Source: an uncultured Gammaproteobacteria bacterium (lineage in GTDB: Bacteria > Patescibacteriota > Microgenomatia > Levybacterales > UBA12049). From it: a DNA stretch of 64,000 nucleotides. The stretch lies in assembly GCA_964653195.1 (NCBI GenBank), contig CAZZCX010000001.1, forward strand, positions 35,290 to 99,289, read 5' to 3'. Below, one piece after another: positions 10,444 through 21,322 of this stretch (position 1 is the stretch's first letter; every line of letters begins with the position of its first letter). The notes beneath the pieces were generated by a model. It did no database searches, was not told where the DNA came from, and saw only the letters and a list, made by a program, of their open reading frames with translations. A program made the position numbers and the translations under genes.

Positions 10444-11176
10444 GGAAAAGCCATTTTTTTTTGCAGTTGTGCGTCCAAAAGAAGCAAGTCTTTATCAGCC
10501 CTTTAAGCCATTTATAGGACCAATATTAGATCTTGGTTGTGGAGATGGTTTTTTTGCATCTGTTGCCTTTGGTAGATTAGATGCAGGAGTCGATCCAGAT
10601 AATAATGCAGTTAAAGAAGCAAAAGCTCGTCGTATATATAAAGAAATAAGATACTATGATGGAAATAAAATCCCTTATGAAAATAAATACTTTTCTACTG
10701 TTGTTAGTAATTCAACCCTGGAACATATTTCTAACTTAGACGATGTACTCAAGGAAACTTCACGAGTCTTGAAAAAAAACGGAAAGTTTTATTTTACAAC
10801 TGTTACAGATTCTTGGCCAGAATATTTATTTGGAAATCTGTTTCTAGGTGACTTATACAAGAAATATTTTGTAGATAAATCTAAACATTATAATATGTAC
10901 TCTATAAGTAAATGGAAAAAGTTATTAAAGGTTCATGGTTTTAGTGTTATATCATATCAACATTACCTAGATAATAAAAAAATTTTGTGGCTATTTGATA
11001 TTTCTCATTATTTTAGTTTTCCATCTTTAATTACGAAAAAGATTTTAGGTAAGTGGGTACTATTCCCCAACAAGGAGAAGGCAGCAGGAAAGCTCAAAGA
11101 TTTTTTAATTAAACAGACTAAGAATGATAACAGAAAAGGACCTTATCTATTTATTTCTGCAATAAAAATAAATTAA
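10415..11176 (+). CDS. Class I SAM methyltransferase (type 11-like)
   Basis: ILDLGCGDG, NSTLEHI, RVLKKNG; overlaps GT4 stop. Confidence 0.85.
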   Translation: MKKYLTAFLREKPFFFAVVRPKEASLYQPFKPFIGPILDLGCGDGFFASVAFGRLDAGVDPDNNAVKEAKARRIYKEIRYYDGNKIPYENKYFSTVVSNSTLEHISNLDDVLKETSRVLKKNGKFYFTTVTDSWPEYLFGNLFLGDLYKKYFVDKSKHYNMYSISKWKKLLKVHGFSVISYQHYLDNKKILWLFDISHYFSFPSLITKKILGKWVLFPNKEKAAGKLKDFLIKQTKNDNRKGPYLFISAIKIN

Positions 11177-12906
11177 TTACCTCTGACTTTTTTATAAATA
11201 AGTACTTGTGGATGGTCATAAACAGTGAAAGATTCTTCTGATAAATCATCAGGTATAGTAAGTGGTATACCTAGATACTCTAATGAAGGATAAGAGTTAA
11301 ATTCTGCAATTTTTATAAAACCGCGTTTTCCGGCAAACAAATCATCATAGAATTTGCTGGTGATAGGATACCTCTCAGGGACTCGAGAAATACTTGCCCA
11401 AGCTCTATTTGAAGATAGGATATAATAGTCGGATTGAGATAAAACCTCATTTAATTTTTCCCATTTTTCACTAGAGTCAGGATTGAATATATGAAGTTCA
11501 AGATGGTTGAAATATTTTTGTTGACCAGCAAACCGAAGAGGTAATGGATCATCCCATACTTCCCAAGCTATTACACTTCCTTCCGGAATATTATCATAAA
11601 TCCAATCTGATGCTTCAATTCTTGAATGAGGTGTTTTATAAATTGACAAAAAAGATAAAGGCCAGATAACGACAATTATTAAGCAAATAAATTTAAAAAT
11701 TACATGCTTATTTGTTAGCAAGCTATCCCACCCTAATGCAGCAAAAATTGCCAGAAAAGGATAAATAAAAATAAAATATCTAATAGCTTTGACTATTTGC
11801 GTAGATTGAAATAAGAAAAATGCCATGACCCAAAGAAGTATGGTTATAAAAATAATATTTCTTTTTCTTGCTAATATGATGACAATGCCTAATATCGCAA
11901 AAAAGAAATAAGGTATACCTACACCGAATAGTATTAAATTAAAAAGACTAAATAATACTGGTGTTCTGTTAAGCCACTGGACTCCGGGCGGAAACCAGGC
12001 ATCTTCGCTCTCCCAAGACTTAAGTGTTTGCCAATTTTGGATTAGGAGTGTACTAATTTTCGGATTTAAAAAAGATGCATTTTCAAACATATAGGGATTA
12101 GAAATACGAATTGAAAAATACGTAAAAAACAGAAAGATCATAAATGACATTATTAAAGTTAAAAGTGTTTTTTTATTTTCTTTAAAAATTGCTACAAATG
12201 ATCTGGAAAATTTGATACGCTGCACATAATAGATTCCAATAATCGATAGTAATAGAGGAAGAAAGAATATAGCAGTAATTTTTGATCCGAATGCGAATCC
12301 AAGGAAAATTCCGCTAAATATTAACGGTTGGTATTCGTTTTTAATATAAAATCTAATACAAAAATAAAAAGAAGCAAATAGAAAGGTGTTAAGAAATAGA
12401 TCTACAGCAAAAAAATGAGAAAGTTGTATAGGTAATACGCTTATAGCATAGAAGAATGAAGCCAAATATTTAATGGAGCTATTAAGCTTTAACTTTTCTT
12501 CAATTAGCTTAATAGTTTTATAAATTAGTATGACGGTAAGTATATCCAAAAACGCAGAGAATAATCGTCCGGTAATAGTAAAGCCATTATAATTATCATT
12601 AGCACTGAAAATTGATGCAAGTTTATTAAGAGTTATAGGTAGCGCGCCATAAACGTAAAAAGGATATTTTCTGTTACCTTCATTGTCATATAAATTAACA
12701 GGATTTAGGCTTGATGTTTTGGGATTTAGATAATTTTTCAAACTATTTGGTATCTTTGTATCTATACCAACCATTGTGAGAAATCTTTCATCAGGGTGAA
12801 GATGTGTGTTATTATCCCAATTTATACCGGTAAATCGAAGAATAATTGCTAGAATGATAATTCCTATTATTAATAATTTAGTCGCAATTTGGTTAAATGA
12901 AGACAT
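11173..12906 (-). CDS. GT-C (PMT/ArnT-like, GT39/83) membrane glycosyltransferase
   Basis: HPDERF after first TM, YGALP, GRLFSA, IQLSHFF, C-terminal EESFTVYDHP. Confidence 0.8.
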   Translation of the reverse strand: MSSFNQIATKLLIIGIIILAIILRFTGINWDNNTHLHPDERFLTMVGIDTKIPNSLKNYLNPKTSSLNPVNLYDNEGNRKYPFYVYGALPITLNKLASIFSANDNYNGFTITGRLFSAFLDILTVILIYKTIKLIEEKLKLNSSIKYLASFFYAISVLPIQLSHFFAVDLFLNTFLFASFYFCIRFYIKNEYQPLIFSGIFLGFAFGSKITAIFFLPLLLSIIGIYYVQRIKFSRSFVAIFKENKKTLLTLIMSFMIFLFFTYFSIRISNPYMFENASFLNPKISTLLIQNWQTLKSWESEDAWFPPGVQWLNRTPVLFSLFNLILFGVGIPYFFFAILGIVIILARKRNIIFITILLWVMAFFLFQSTQIVKAIRYFIFIYPFLAIFAALGWDSLLTNKHVIFKFICLIIVVIWPLSFLSIYKTPHSRIEASDWIYDNIPEGSVIAWEVWDDPLPLRFAGQQKYFNHLELHIFNPDSSEKWEKLNEVLSQSDYYILSSNRAWASISRVPERYPITSKFYDDLFAGKRGFIKIAEFNSYPSLEYLGIPLTIPDDLSEESFTVYDHPQVLIYKKVRGN

Positions 12907-12911
12907 ATAAC

Positions 12912-14591
12912 TTATTTAATCTTTTTGAAAATATAGACTGTCGGATTGTCAAATACATTTACTGTCTGTTCGAAAGATAACATTGGGTTATTTATATAAA
13001 TTATTTTACAATAAAAATCACATGGCGATTTAAAAATTAGTTTATATTTAGTGATGTCAAAGAAAGATGTATAAATCAAATATCGCTTTGGAAAACGCGT
13101 TTTTTTAAGTTGTGCCATTTTTAAAAGTCGTTCGCTGGGAAGTATGATATATTCTGTATTAGAAAGCGTTTGCGATAGCGGAGTGTTATTGCATAAATCA
13201 TCGCTTTTTTCTGAATTATAAAAATCACAAAGGACGATATTGTGCAGATTGGGATTAAAAGCAATTATACCTAGGTCATATGTTTCACTAATTATTTTAC
13301 TATTTGAAGGTATATTTTGCTTCGCCCATTCTGCTGCTGCTACTCTATTGTCGGGTTTAGCAAGCACGGTTACAAAATAAGAAAAGGTAAAAATTAAACT
13401 GATTATTGAGACTATACTTAATACTTGATATTTAATGCTTGATAACTTTGGATTATTTAGAAATAAATCTGTAATCAGTATTGAGACAATCAAATAAATA
13501 AATGGCAATGTCGGCACCATATAACGTGTCCACTTAACAAATAAAAATGCTTGGGAAAGGAAAAGTAGTAAGTAGCAAGAAATAAGTAGCAAATAATTCT
13601 TGTTTTTTGATTTAACAGATATCCAAAAGATATAAAAAAAAGAAGGAATAAATAGAACAGTAATAAGAGGATTAAGTAGGAAAGGATATATATATTTAAA
13701 ATGATACAAAACTGGAATTGTATCGAAAAACTCATGAGTATAGAAGACATCAATCGCTCCTGTTGCAACTTTTGATTCGTAATTTATACTGTTTTCGAAA
13801 GAAGGAAAATCTAAAAATGTAAATGGATTACTAATTAAATATATTAACGATGCCGAGCCTAATATTAAAAAGGAGGAAAGGAATTTAAAAGATATTTTTT
13901 TAAATAAAACAAATCTATATCTCTCTTCAGGTATTTTATTAAATGCTGATATTAATATACTAAATAAAGGTAGGATGACAAATAAAATATTCGATATTTT
14001 TGTAGATATTAAAATTCCTAGAATTAATCCGGTAAGTATTAATGCTTTAATACTAATCTGATGACTCAACTTTATGGCAGTCCAAATTAGGAGCAGGCAA
14101 AAAAAAGTAATCCATATTTCAAAAGTTCCAAAGTGAGAAAATTGAATAAATCCCACACTTGAAGAAGCAAGAAAGGCTGCTAGTAAGCCTACTTTTTCTG
14201 AGTGTATTTTTTTACCGATTTTATATATCAAAGCGATAATCAAAATAGAGAAAAAAGCAGAAAAAAATCTTCCAATAAAAATAGCTTGATCAAAAGGAAT
14301 TTGAAAATTATCATTCGGTTGGTTGAATGTAAGTTGAAAATATCTAACTAAGTTCAGCAATACTCCTGTGAAGTAGACTGTGTATATTGGTAATGATCCA
14401 TATGCAAAAAAATTAGGATTCATTTGCCCAGGAAATTTTAACTGAGAAATAGAAGAAGCTATATTTCTTTCATCTGGATGGAAATAGTAAGGTGCGCCCC
14501 AGTTCAAATTGTAATATCTCAGAAAAGCTCCAAGAACCATTAAGCATATTAAGGTAAGTACTGTTTTATTTTTTACTAGATATTTTTTCAT
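12912..14591 (-). CDS. GT-C (PMT/ArnT-like) membrane glycosyltransferase, paralogue
   Basis: HPDERNI, FFAYGSLP, GRFFSA, IQFSHFGT, EQTVNVFDNP. Confidence 0.8.
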   Translation of the reverse strand: MKKYLVKNKTVLTLICLMVLGAFLRYYNLNWGAPYYFHPDERNIASSISQLKFPGQMNPNFFAYGSLPIYTVYFTGVLLNLVRYFQLTFNQPNDNFQIPFDQAIFIGRFFSAFFSILIIALIYKIGKKIHSEKVGLLAAFLASSSVGFIQFSHFGTFEIWITFFCLLLIWTAIKLSHQISIKALILTGLILGILISTKISNILFVILPLFSILISAFNKIPEERYRFVLFKKISFKFLSSFLILGSASLIYLISNPFTFLDFPSFENSINYESKVATGAIDVFYTHEFFDTIPVLYHFKYIYPFLLNPLITVLFIPSFFYIFWISVKSKNKNYLLLISCYLLLFLSQAFLFVKWTRYMVPTLPFIYLIVSILITDLFLNNPKLSSIKYQVLSIVSIISLIFTFSYFVTVLAKPDNRVAAAEWAKQNIPSNSKIISETYDLGIIAFNPNLHNIVLCDFYNSEKSDDLCNNTPLSQTLSNTEYIILPSERLLKMAQLKKTRFPKRYLIYTSFFDITKYKLIFKSPCDFYCKIIYINNPMLSFEQTVNVFDNPTVYIFKKIK

Positions 14592-15864
14592 GTAAGATCA
14601 GTTTAGCTACTATCTGACCAAGCTCAACAGCATAGTTAGTTCCTCTGTCCCATGGATATACCTGTTCAATATTGGCAAGAAATACGTTGGATAACGGTGT
14701 TAACATTGAGGGCATAATTTCTGAATAATTTACAGGAACTATTGGTTGGGCAAAAGGAGCTTTAAATAATCGCATGCCTATCAAATTATTTTTATAAACA
14801 GGATTAATTTTTTTTAAAAATGGATCAAAAATTGAAAGCATATCCTCTTCAGTCATAGAAAAATATGGATGATTAGGAGTAACATAATTTCCAAGATAGA
14901 CTATGTGTTCATTGTTGTAATTTCTTTTATCCATGAAGTTTGTATGCTCTACTATTGCCATTACTGGTGATCTATTATCGCAAACACTAAGCCAGTAAGT
15001 TTTATCGTGGAAAAATGGTTTACTTAGTCTAAGAACGAGATTGGTAGCGCCCAAGCCCTTGAGTCTATTTAGCCTTTTAATATAAGATTCCGGTAGCTGA
15101 GGGGTAATTTTTTGAAAAAGAAATGAAGGTAGTGTGACGATTGCCTTATCGAATTTTACTGTTTTTTTATTTCCTTTTTCTTTTAATACAATTTTTATAC
15201 CCCCTGAATCTCTTAATTCTAATATTTCTTTATTGAATAATATCTTTCCTTTATTTTCCTCGATTATAGAAACTAAATGTTTTGCAAAAGATAAAAATCC
15301 TCCTTCTGGATATACTAAAGATGGAGTTCTCTTTTTGATACGAGCCCAAAACCAGGCAAGTGAAATATCTGAAATGTAAGAATCAAATTTATTATGAAAT
15401 TGGGGCTGCCAAAGAGTTTTATATGCGTTTTCTCCCATAGTTTTTTGTAGAAAAGATTCAGCATGAATTTTTTCAAGAGGTTGCCAGTAAGGATTAAATT
15501 TAAGAAACCCCAACACTGCTGCCATACGTAACTTATCAGTAATCGGTAATTTTGGAAAACGCAAAACGCTTAAAGGTGAATCAAGTTGATAAATAGAATT
15601 ATCAACATATACTGATGTTTTAGGTCGAGGTATTAAGACGGCATGATTGATCTCTTTCGCTAAATCAATAATATACTTGTCGTTTGCGAACCAGTGGTGG
15701 TAGTGTTTTTCAAGTGTCCATTTCCAGCTTTTCTCTTGATAACCAATAGCGAGTCCACCGGGTTGCGAATCTTTCTCAAAAACTGTAACTTCATGTCCTG
15801 TTTTTATTAGTTGATATGCTGCTGAAAGACCTGTGAACCCGGCTCCTATTATTGCTATTTTCAT
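14566..15864 (-). CDS. FAD-dependent oxidoreductase (protoporphyrinogen/amine oxidase fold)
   Basis: MKIAIIGAGFTGLSAA Rossmann motif, FEK..PGGLA, EKHYHH, YPWDRGTNYAV; start at ATG 15864. Confidence 0.8.
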   Translation of the reverse strand: MKIAIIGAGFTGLSAAYQLIKTGHEVTVFEKDSQPGGLAIGYQEKSWKWTLEKHYHHWFANDKYIIDLAKEINHAVLIPRPKTSVYVDNSIYQLDSPLSVLRFPKLPITDKLRMAAVLGFLKFNPYWQPLEKIHAESFLQKTMGENAYKTLWQPQFHNKFDSYISDISLAWFWARIKKRTPSLVYPEGGFLSFAKHLVSIIEENKGKILFNKEILELRDSGGIKIVLKEKGNKKTVKFDKAIVTLPSFLFQKITPQLPESYIKRLNRLKGLGATNLVLRLSKPFFHDKTYWLSVCDNRSPVMAIVEHTNFMDKRNYNNEHIVYLGNYVTPNHPYFSMTEEDMLSIFDPFLKKINPVYKNNLIGMRLFKAPFAQPIVPVNYSEIMPSMLTPLSNVFLANIEQVYPWDRGTNYAVELGQIVAKLILHEKISSKK

Positions 15865-15947
15865 ACTAATCAATTGTACAATAAATTTAGATTATAGATC
15901 GGTAATTTAAATTTTTAAATGTTTTAAAGATAAATATTGTGAAGATT

Positions 15948-17336
15948 TTAGATTCGGCTTAGGAGAAAAGTTAACGAGCCTATAAGCGTTATAAAAGTAA
16001 GAAATCCGATAGTTATTACTAAGCTCTCGCTACCTGGTGGGGTAATGCTGGGCTGACTTGATGGTATGCTTGTTGATTGTATAGATGGAGACAACTGCAG
16101 AATTGTTGGTGACGGATTCAGTGTAATTGTGGGTGAGGCTATTGGTGTAGCTGATGGTAAAACAGTAGGAACTTGAGTTGGTGATGTTTTCGGCTTTGTC
16201 GGTGCTACAGAAGGGTCCGTAAACTGACTTCCTTCTGCGTTTATTCCGAATGATTGCATTATACCCTCGATAATACCAGTTGAATTTTTCGCGGAAACTG
16301 AAAGTTTATATATCCCGGGTGCAAGTTTTATATCAGGCCTGAATTTCCAGCGTCCCTCCATATCTGAGAGAATTTTTTCGTTAATGATTTCTTCGGCCTC
16401 AAGCATATTAATTGTTATATTAACCTGAGTATTTGCGGTAGAATTACCAATAAATTCTGGCTGAGTATCGTTAAGAGTTTGATCTTTTTCTGGAACTAAA
16501 ATTTCTAATTTCCCGTTGCTTTTAGGTAAGTTAGAAAATAAAGGCATTGTGGATTTTGCAGTATCGGTTGCCGTTTTAGCTGTATCCCCTGGTACTGAAG
16601 TAAAGTTATACACTTGCGAAAGGGTAATCGTAGGTATGGATCCTGCATCTTTCATAAAAATACTGGCTGTTGCTTGCTCACCATCACCGATAATTGTTAA
16701 ATTTACTTTTTCATCATCTGTGATTTCATCAATTTTTTGCAGATCCTGTGTGAAAAGATTTTTTACTATCATTCTAAATGAGCCATCCTGATTTAGTATT
16801 GTGGAGATTAGCTGAGAATTTCCGATTTGTGCGTAGACTGAGCCTTCTTTAGGGTAGGATCCGTCCATTCGAATCACCTTACCTGAGATTATTTTCTCTT
16901 CTACGCGGGATGAAATATTCGCAGGTGATGTTTTAACAGTATAAGGTTCTCCATTATCGTTATATGTTTCGTTATTCGATATAAGATTGAAAAAATATTC
17001 TGTATTTGGCTTAAGGTTATTGATAGTGAAGTAATGAAGTCGATGTGGTTTTTCATTAATTTCTCTTTCGCGATCATCTTTAACTAGCACTTCCGGATTT
17101 TTTGATTCACCATAAGAAACTTGCCCTATACTTTCAGATGCAGTTGAGAAAGACACTGTGAATGATGTAGTAGAGATATTTGCAATCCTAACAATTGTTG
17201 GAGTTTTAGCCGGTGATGCTCGTAAGCTTAGAAAGCTTTTTCCACTTAATAAGAATATCGTTAGACCCAAAATTATGCAAAGAAATACTAGTCCAATGTG
17301 TGTGGGTATTTTATGATCCAATATAGATTTGTTCAT
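15948..17336 (-). CDS. FN3/Ig-like surface protein with Pro/Thr/Ser stalk and C-terminal TM
   Basis: N-terminal TM, FN3 'NLKPNTEYFF', Ig-like 'GRWKF..LAPGIY', PT-rich linker, terminal hydrophobic helix. Confidence 0.7.
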   Translation of the reverse strand: MNKSILDHKIPTHIGLVFLCIILGLTIFLLSGKSFLSLRASPAKTPTIVRIANISTTSFTVSFSTASESIGQVSYGESKNPEVLVKDDREREINEKPHRLHYFTINNLKPNTEYFFNLISNNETYNDNGEPYTVKTSPANISSRVEEKIISGKVIRMDGSYPKEGSVYAQIGNSQLISTILNQDGSFRMIVKNLFTQDLQKIDEITDDEKVNLTIIGDGEQATASIFMKDAGSIPTITLSQVYNFTSVPGDTAKTATDTAKSTMPLFSNLPKSNGKLEILVPEKDQTLNDTQPEFIGNSTANTQVNITINMLEAEEIINEKILSDMEGRWKFRPDIKLAPGIYKLSVSAKNSTGIIEGIMQSFGINAEGSQFTDPSVAPTKPKTSPTQVPTVLPSATPIASPTITLNPSPTILQLSPSIQSTSIPSSQPSITPPGSESLVITIGFLTFITLIGSLTFLLSRI

Positions 17337-17338
17337 AA

Positions 17339-17701
17339 TTATTCGGAATCTAAAGGAAAATTTGATGGTATAGGCGAATTTAGGGGAGAAATTGTAACTG
17401 AGGTATCTATTTTTGGTTTTGAAGTCTCAGGAGCTGGAGACGTGCTTATTATTTCAGCTTCAAACGATGCAAAACTCTCTTTATAGTCAGGCAGTATAGT
17501 CCTTCGGTTCTTCAAGTCTTCAATCGTGTCAACATCAAATTTCCCCTTTATCGGGATTATTTGCAATTGAAGCGTATCATCTATGGTAGAGGTTACATAA
17601 GCATTATAAATATTTGAACCAATCCAAAGAAAAACGATTAGACATAAGGAGATTGACAAATATGCAAGATCTTTTTGTATTCGGTATTTTTTATTTTTCA
17701 T
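17339..17701 (-). CDS. Small membrane protein, PilP-position hypothetical
   Basis: Single TM; translationally coupled downstream of PilO-like gene. Confidence 0.5.
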   Translation of the reverse strand: MKNKKYRIQKDLAYLSISLCLIVFLWIGSNIYNAYVTSTIDDTLQLQIIPIKGKFDVDTIEDLKNRRTILPDYKESFASFEAEIISTSPAPETSKPKIDTSVTISPLNSPIPSNFPLDSE

Positions 17702-18321
17702 AATGTAAAAAAGACTCTACCTTGAATAGTTATTGATTCCTGAGATTCATTGTTATAAGAAATTGATTCAAGTCTTATTATTCTATCGAAATTTAAAACA
17801 AGATTGGCAAACTGAGTCAGGTTGTCTTTAGAGCCTTTTGCAGTTACATTAAAAACGAAAGAATCTGATTTTGGAATAATTGTTTTTTTTGAATTTGATT
17901 TTGGTAAATCTAGCGAAGACGATCGAAGATCGGTTATGGTTGTATTCGATATCTCTGCGATTGCCTGCAATTGTCCAAATAGTTTAACAGCTTCAGGATG
18001 TTCAGGAACCGCATAAGCAACCAATGGCCAGGTGTTAATTAGCGCTTCGTATTCAGTGTTAAGGGAAGATAAATTGGCTATTTTTATTTTAAGCGTATCA
18101 CTGACAAATTCGCTATCTTTTAACTTTCGATTTAATTCAAAAATTGTAGTGAGCGTTGGATTAATAGCGAAAATGCCAAGAAATGATAGGGAAATAAGAG
18201 TGAGGATAAGCATAATATAGATATGTGTTCTTTCCTCTTTCAATCGAGGATGTGATCTCACCAATGCCATATATCGTTCTTTTGTAAAGTTTTTAACTAT
18301 TTTTTTGTTAAATAGTCCCAT
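17698..18321 (-). CDS. pilO: Type IV pilus PilO-like protein
   Basis: TM + coiled coil + ferredoxin-like domain ('F...V.G....L..F....NFDRIIRLESI'). Confidence 0.65.
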   Translation of the reverse strand: MGLFNKKIVKNFTKERYMALVRSHPRLKEERTHIYIMLILTLISLSFLGIFAINPTLTTIFELNRKLKDSEFVSDTLKIKIANLSSLNTEYEALINTWPLVAYAVPEHPEAVKLFGQLQAIAEISNTTITDLRSSSLDLPKSNSKKTIIPKSDSFVFNVTAKGSKDNLTQFANLVLNFDRIIRLESISYNNESQESITIQGRVFFTL

Positions 18322-18322
18322 A

Positions 18323-18868
18323 TTAGTTATTAATTTTTTGTAACACAGCAGTGAAAGTTATATTTATTAGAGCGCTTTTTGGTTTACTTTCTACCTTATC
18401 TATACTTAAAGACTTAACCCGAGGATGATTTTTTAATTCATTTGTGAATGCGCTAAGGGAATCAGTGGACGAAGACGTCGCAGTAACAGAGAGAGAGTCT
18501 GGAGTAATAGTGAATGCAGTATAGTTGATATTGGAATTTGTATTTTCCATAAATTTACGGAAGAGATCAAAAGTCGCTGCAGATGAACTGGTACTATCCT
18601 TGCTAAGATCTAACTTTAGATGTGTATTTCTAAATTTTTCTTCACCTTGCCGAAACATTTGTACGAAGGTTTGTTGTTTTTTTATAGAGTCACTATAGTC
18701 TATAAGCTTTCTATCTATAGAGAAACGTGATAAAAAAACAAAAAGAGCTATCACCTCAGTTATTATTACGAGAAGTCTGCCTATATATAGTGCCCAAAAC
18801 AAAAATATATCTGCTGTCGATTTGTCTTTGGTTGAAAGTAAATTAATTGAATGGTTTTCTTTTTCCAT
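18323..18868 (-). CDS. pilN: Type IV pilus PilN-like protein
   Basis: N-terminal INLL motif, TM, coiled coil, 'LSAFTNELKNHP' core. Confidence 0.7.
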   Translation of the reverse strand: MEKENHSINLLSTKDKSTADIFLFWALYIGRLLVIITEVIALFVFLSRFSIDRKLIDYSDSIKKQQTFVQMFRQGEEKFRNTHLKLDLSKDSTSSSAATFDLFRKFMENTNSNINYTAFTITPDSLSVTATSSSTDSLSAFTNELKNHPRVKSLSIDKVESKPKSALINITFTAVLQKINN

Positions 18869-18902
18869 AACTATAAACCTGAGAAAAATTCAGGCTATAT
18901 TC

Positions 18903-18953
18903 AGTCTAAGTAAATTTATTTTGATTGTCAAAGTAGGATTGATATGTTATACT
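18903..18953. promoter_or_regulatory. Overlapping divergent sigma70 promoters (fusA / pilN operon)
   Basis: Plus: TTGTCA(18925)-N17-TATACT with TG extension; minus: TTGACA-N17-TAGACT sharing the -35 region. Confidence 0.6.
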
Positions 18954-18987
18954 TTTGCAGGTTAAAAGAACTACTTTATTTATTCAT

Positions 18988-21108
18988 ATGTCAACAATGC
19001 CAACCAGATCGCGTTTATATCCTTTAGATAAAATCCGAAATATCGGAATCATCGCGCATATAGATGCAGGGAAAACTACAACTACCGAAAGAATACTTTT
19101 TTATACCGGAAGAACATATAAGATAGGTGATATTGATGATGGAAATACGCAAATGGATTGGATGGAGCAGGAGAAAGAACGAGGTATTACTATTGTTTCT
19201 GCAGCTACTACGACATTTTGGAAAGATTATCGTATTAATATTATAGATACTCCTGGTCACGTCGATTTTACAGCTGAAGTAGAAAGATCACTTCGTGTTC
19301 TAGATGGTGGCATTACAGTACTTGATGCAGAGGAAGGTGTTCAGTCTCAATCAGAAACAGTTTGGAGACAAGCTGATAAGTATAAAGTTCCAAGAATTTG
19401 TTTTGTAAATAAAATGGACAAGCTTGGTGCTAATTTCCTTAAGACTGTTGAAAGCATTGAAAGAAGACTTGGAGCAAATCCGGCTATTATGGTGCTCCCA
19501 ATAGGCGCTGAAAATACTTACGTAGGCAATGTAGATTTACTTACACGTCAAGTAATACTATGGGGATCAGATGATCTAGGAGCTAAATTTCAAATTTCTG
19601 ATCAAGTACCAGCAGAAATGAAAGAGAAGGTTGAGGAGTATAGGCATAAGCTTATTGAAAAAATATCTGAAACCGATGATGTTTTGCTTGAAAAGTATCT
19701 CGGCGGTCAAGAGCCAGCTGTTGAGGAGTTAAAGAAAGCTTTACGTGCAGCAGTTATTGCATATAAGTTGGTTCCTATATATGCTGGCACTTCTTTGAGA
19801 AATAAAGGCGTTCAGCCATTATTAGACGCAGTTATTGACTATCTTCCGTCCCCTCAAGATTTAGACCATGTTACCGGCATAAATCCAAAAACAGAATCTG
19901 AAGAAACTAGAAAGCTTATACCAGATGAAAAATTATCTGGTCTGGCATTTAAGATTCAAAATGATCCGCATGTAGGAAAACTTACATATTTTCGCGTATA
20001 TTCAGGAGTTATTGTGTCAGGGTCATATATTTATAACAGTACTAAAAAAGTTAGAGAGAGGGTAGGAAGACTTCTTTTAATGCATGCTAATCAGAGAGAA
20101 GAAGTGAAAGAAGCATACGCTGGAGAAATAGTTGCAGTTGTCGGACTTAAAGAAACAGTTACGGGAGACTCATTATGTGAAGAAGGCTTCCCTATACTCT
20201 TAGAGCAAATTTCATTTCCAGAGCCAGTTATTTCACTTGCAATTGAACCGCAAACAAAATCTGACCAAGAAAAGCTGGGTTTTGCACTAAAGAGATTGCA
20301 GGAAGAAGATCCAACATTTAGAGTCAAAACTAATCATGAAACAGGTCAAACTATAATATCTGGAATTGGCGAATTGCAACTTGAAATCATGGTAGATCGT
20401 ATGAAGAGAGAATTTGGCGTCCTAGCAAATGTTGGTGCACCTCAGGTTGCTTATAAAGAGACTTTTGCTACATCTGCTGAAGGAGAGGGAAAATATATCA
20501 GACAATCAGGTGGTCGTGGACAATATGGGCACTGTTTGTTAAGAGTTGAACCAAGACCTCGTGGAGAAGGATATGAGTTCGTCGATGCCATTAAAGGTGG
20601 AGCGATACCTGCAGAATTTGTAAGAGCTGTAGAAAAAGGAGTTTTTGAGATGTTAGATAACGGGCTTATGCTTGGATATCCATTAGTTGATTTAAAAGTA
20701 ACGGTATATGACGGATCATTCCATGATGTTGACTCTTCTGAAAACGCATTTAAGATTGCAGCGTCTCAAGCGATGCAAGCAGCCTCTAAAAAGGCGCAGA
20801 TGAGTTTACTTGAACCTATAATGAAAGTAGAGGTCACAACACCTTCTGAGTTCATGGGAGACATTATAGGTGACCTATCTTCAAAGCGCGCACAAATATT
20901 AGGAACTGAAGAACGAGGAACTGCCACTATTGTTTTAGCTATGGTTCCACTCGAGGAATTATCGGGATATGCTACTCAACTTAGATCAATGTCACAAGGT
21001 CGTGCTTCGTATTACATGGAACCGTCGCATTACGAGGAAGTACCACGAAATATAGTCGATCAGATGCTTTCTAAGTCCACGTTCACTGGCCGCATTGCTG
21101 CTAATTAA
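18988..21108 (+). CDS. fusA: Elongation factor G
   Basis: [40 protein letters not shown]; in-frame ATG 18988. Confidence 0.98.
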   Translation: MSTMPTRSRLYPLDKIRNIGIIAHIDAGKTTTTERILFYTGRTYKIGDIDDGNTQMDWMEQEKERGITIVSAATTTFWKDYRINIIDTPGHVDFTAEVERSLRVLDGGITVLDAEEGVQSQSETVWRQADKYKVPRICFVNKMDKLGANFLKTVESIERRLGANPAIMVLPIGAENTYVGNVDLLTRQVILWGSDDLGAKFQISDQVPAEMKEKVEEYRHKLIEKISETDDVLLEKYLGGQEPAVEELKKALRAAVIAYKLVPIYAGTSLRNKGVQPLLDAVIDYLPSPQDLDHVTGINPKTESEETRKLIPDEKLSGLAFKIQNDPHVGKLTYFRVYSGVIVSGSYIYNSTKKVRERVGRLLLMHANQREEVKEAYAGEIVAVVGLKETVTGDSLCEEGFPILLEQISFPEPVISLAIEPQTKSDQEKLGFALKRLQEEDPTFRVKTNHETGQTIISGIGELQLEIMVDRMKREFGVLANVGAPQVAYKETFATSAEGEGKYIRQSGGRGQYGHCLLRVEPRPRGEGYEFVDAIKGGAIPAEFVRAVEKGVFEMLDNGLMLGYPLVDLKVTVYDGSFHDVDSSENAFKIAASQAMQAASKKAQMSLLEPIMKVEVTTPSEFMGDIIGDLSSKRAQILGTEERGTATIVLAMVPLEELSGYATQLRSMSQGRASYYMEPSHYEEVPRNIVDQMLSKSTFTGRIAAN

Positions 21109-21322
21109 GACCTAAGCTTTCATTAAGGAATTAGGCAAAAAACTTTCAACTGTAAAAGCAGAGTTACTTATATTTATAATTAGACCCTACATATCTGATG
21201 AAGAATTGAATTATTTATAAACTATACTTAGGAGAGCCAAATTTTCAGTCAGTGATAATAAATTAACTCTTAATTTATGAAGTTAATTTAAGTTTAATTA
21301 TCTTTAGTTTATACTTTATTCT

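Noticed and set aside
21109-21322. Possible pseudogene fragment after fusA
   Set aside because: Reading frame with internal stop but no recognisable family; cannot be supported.
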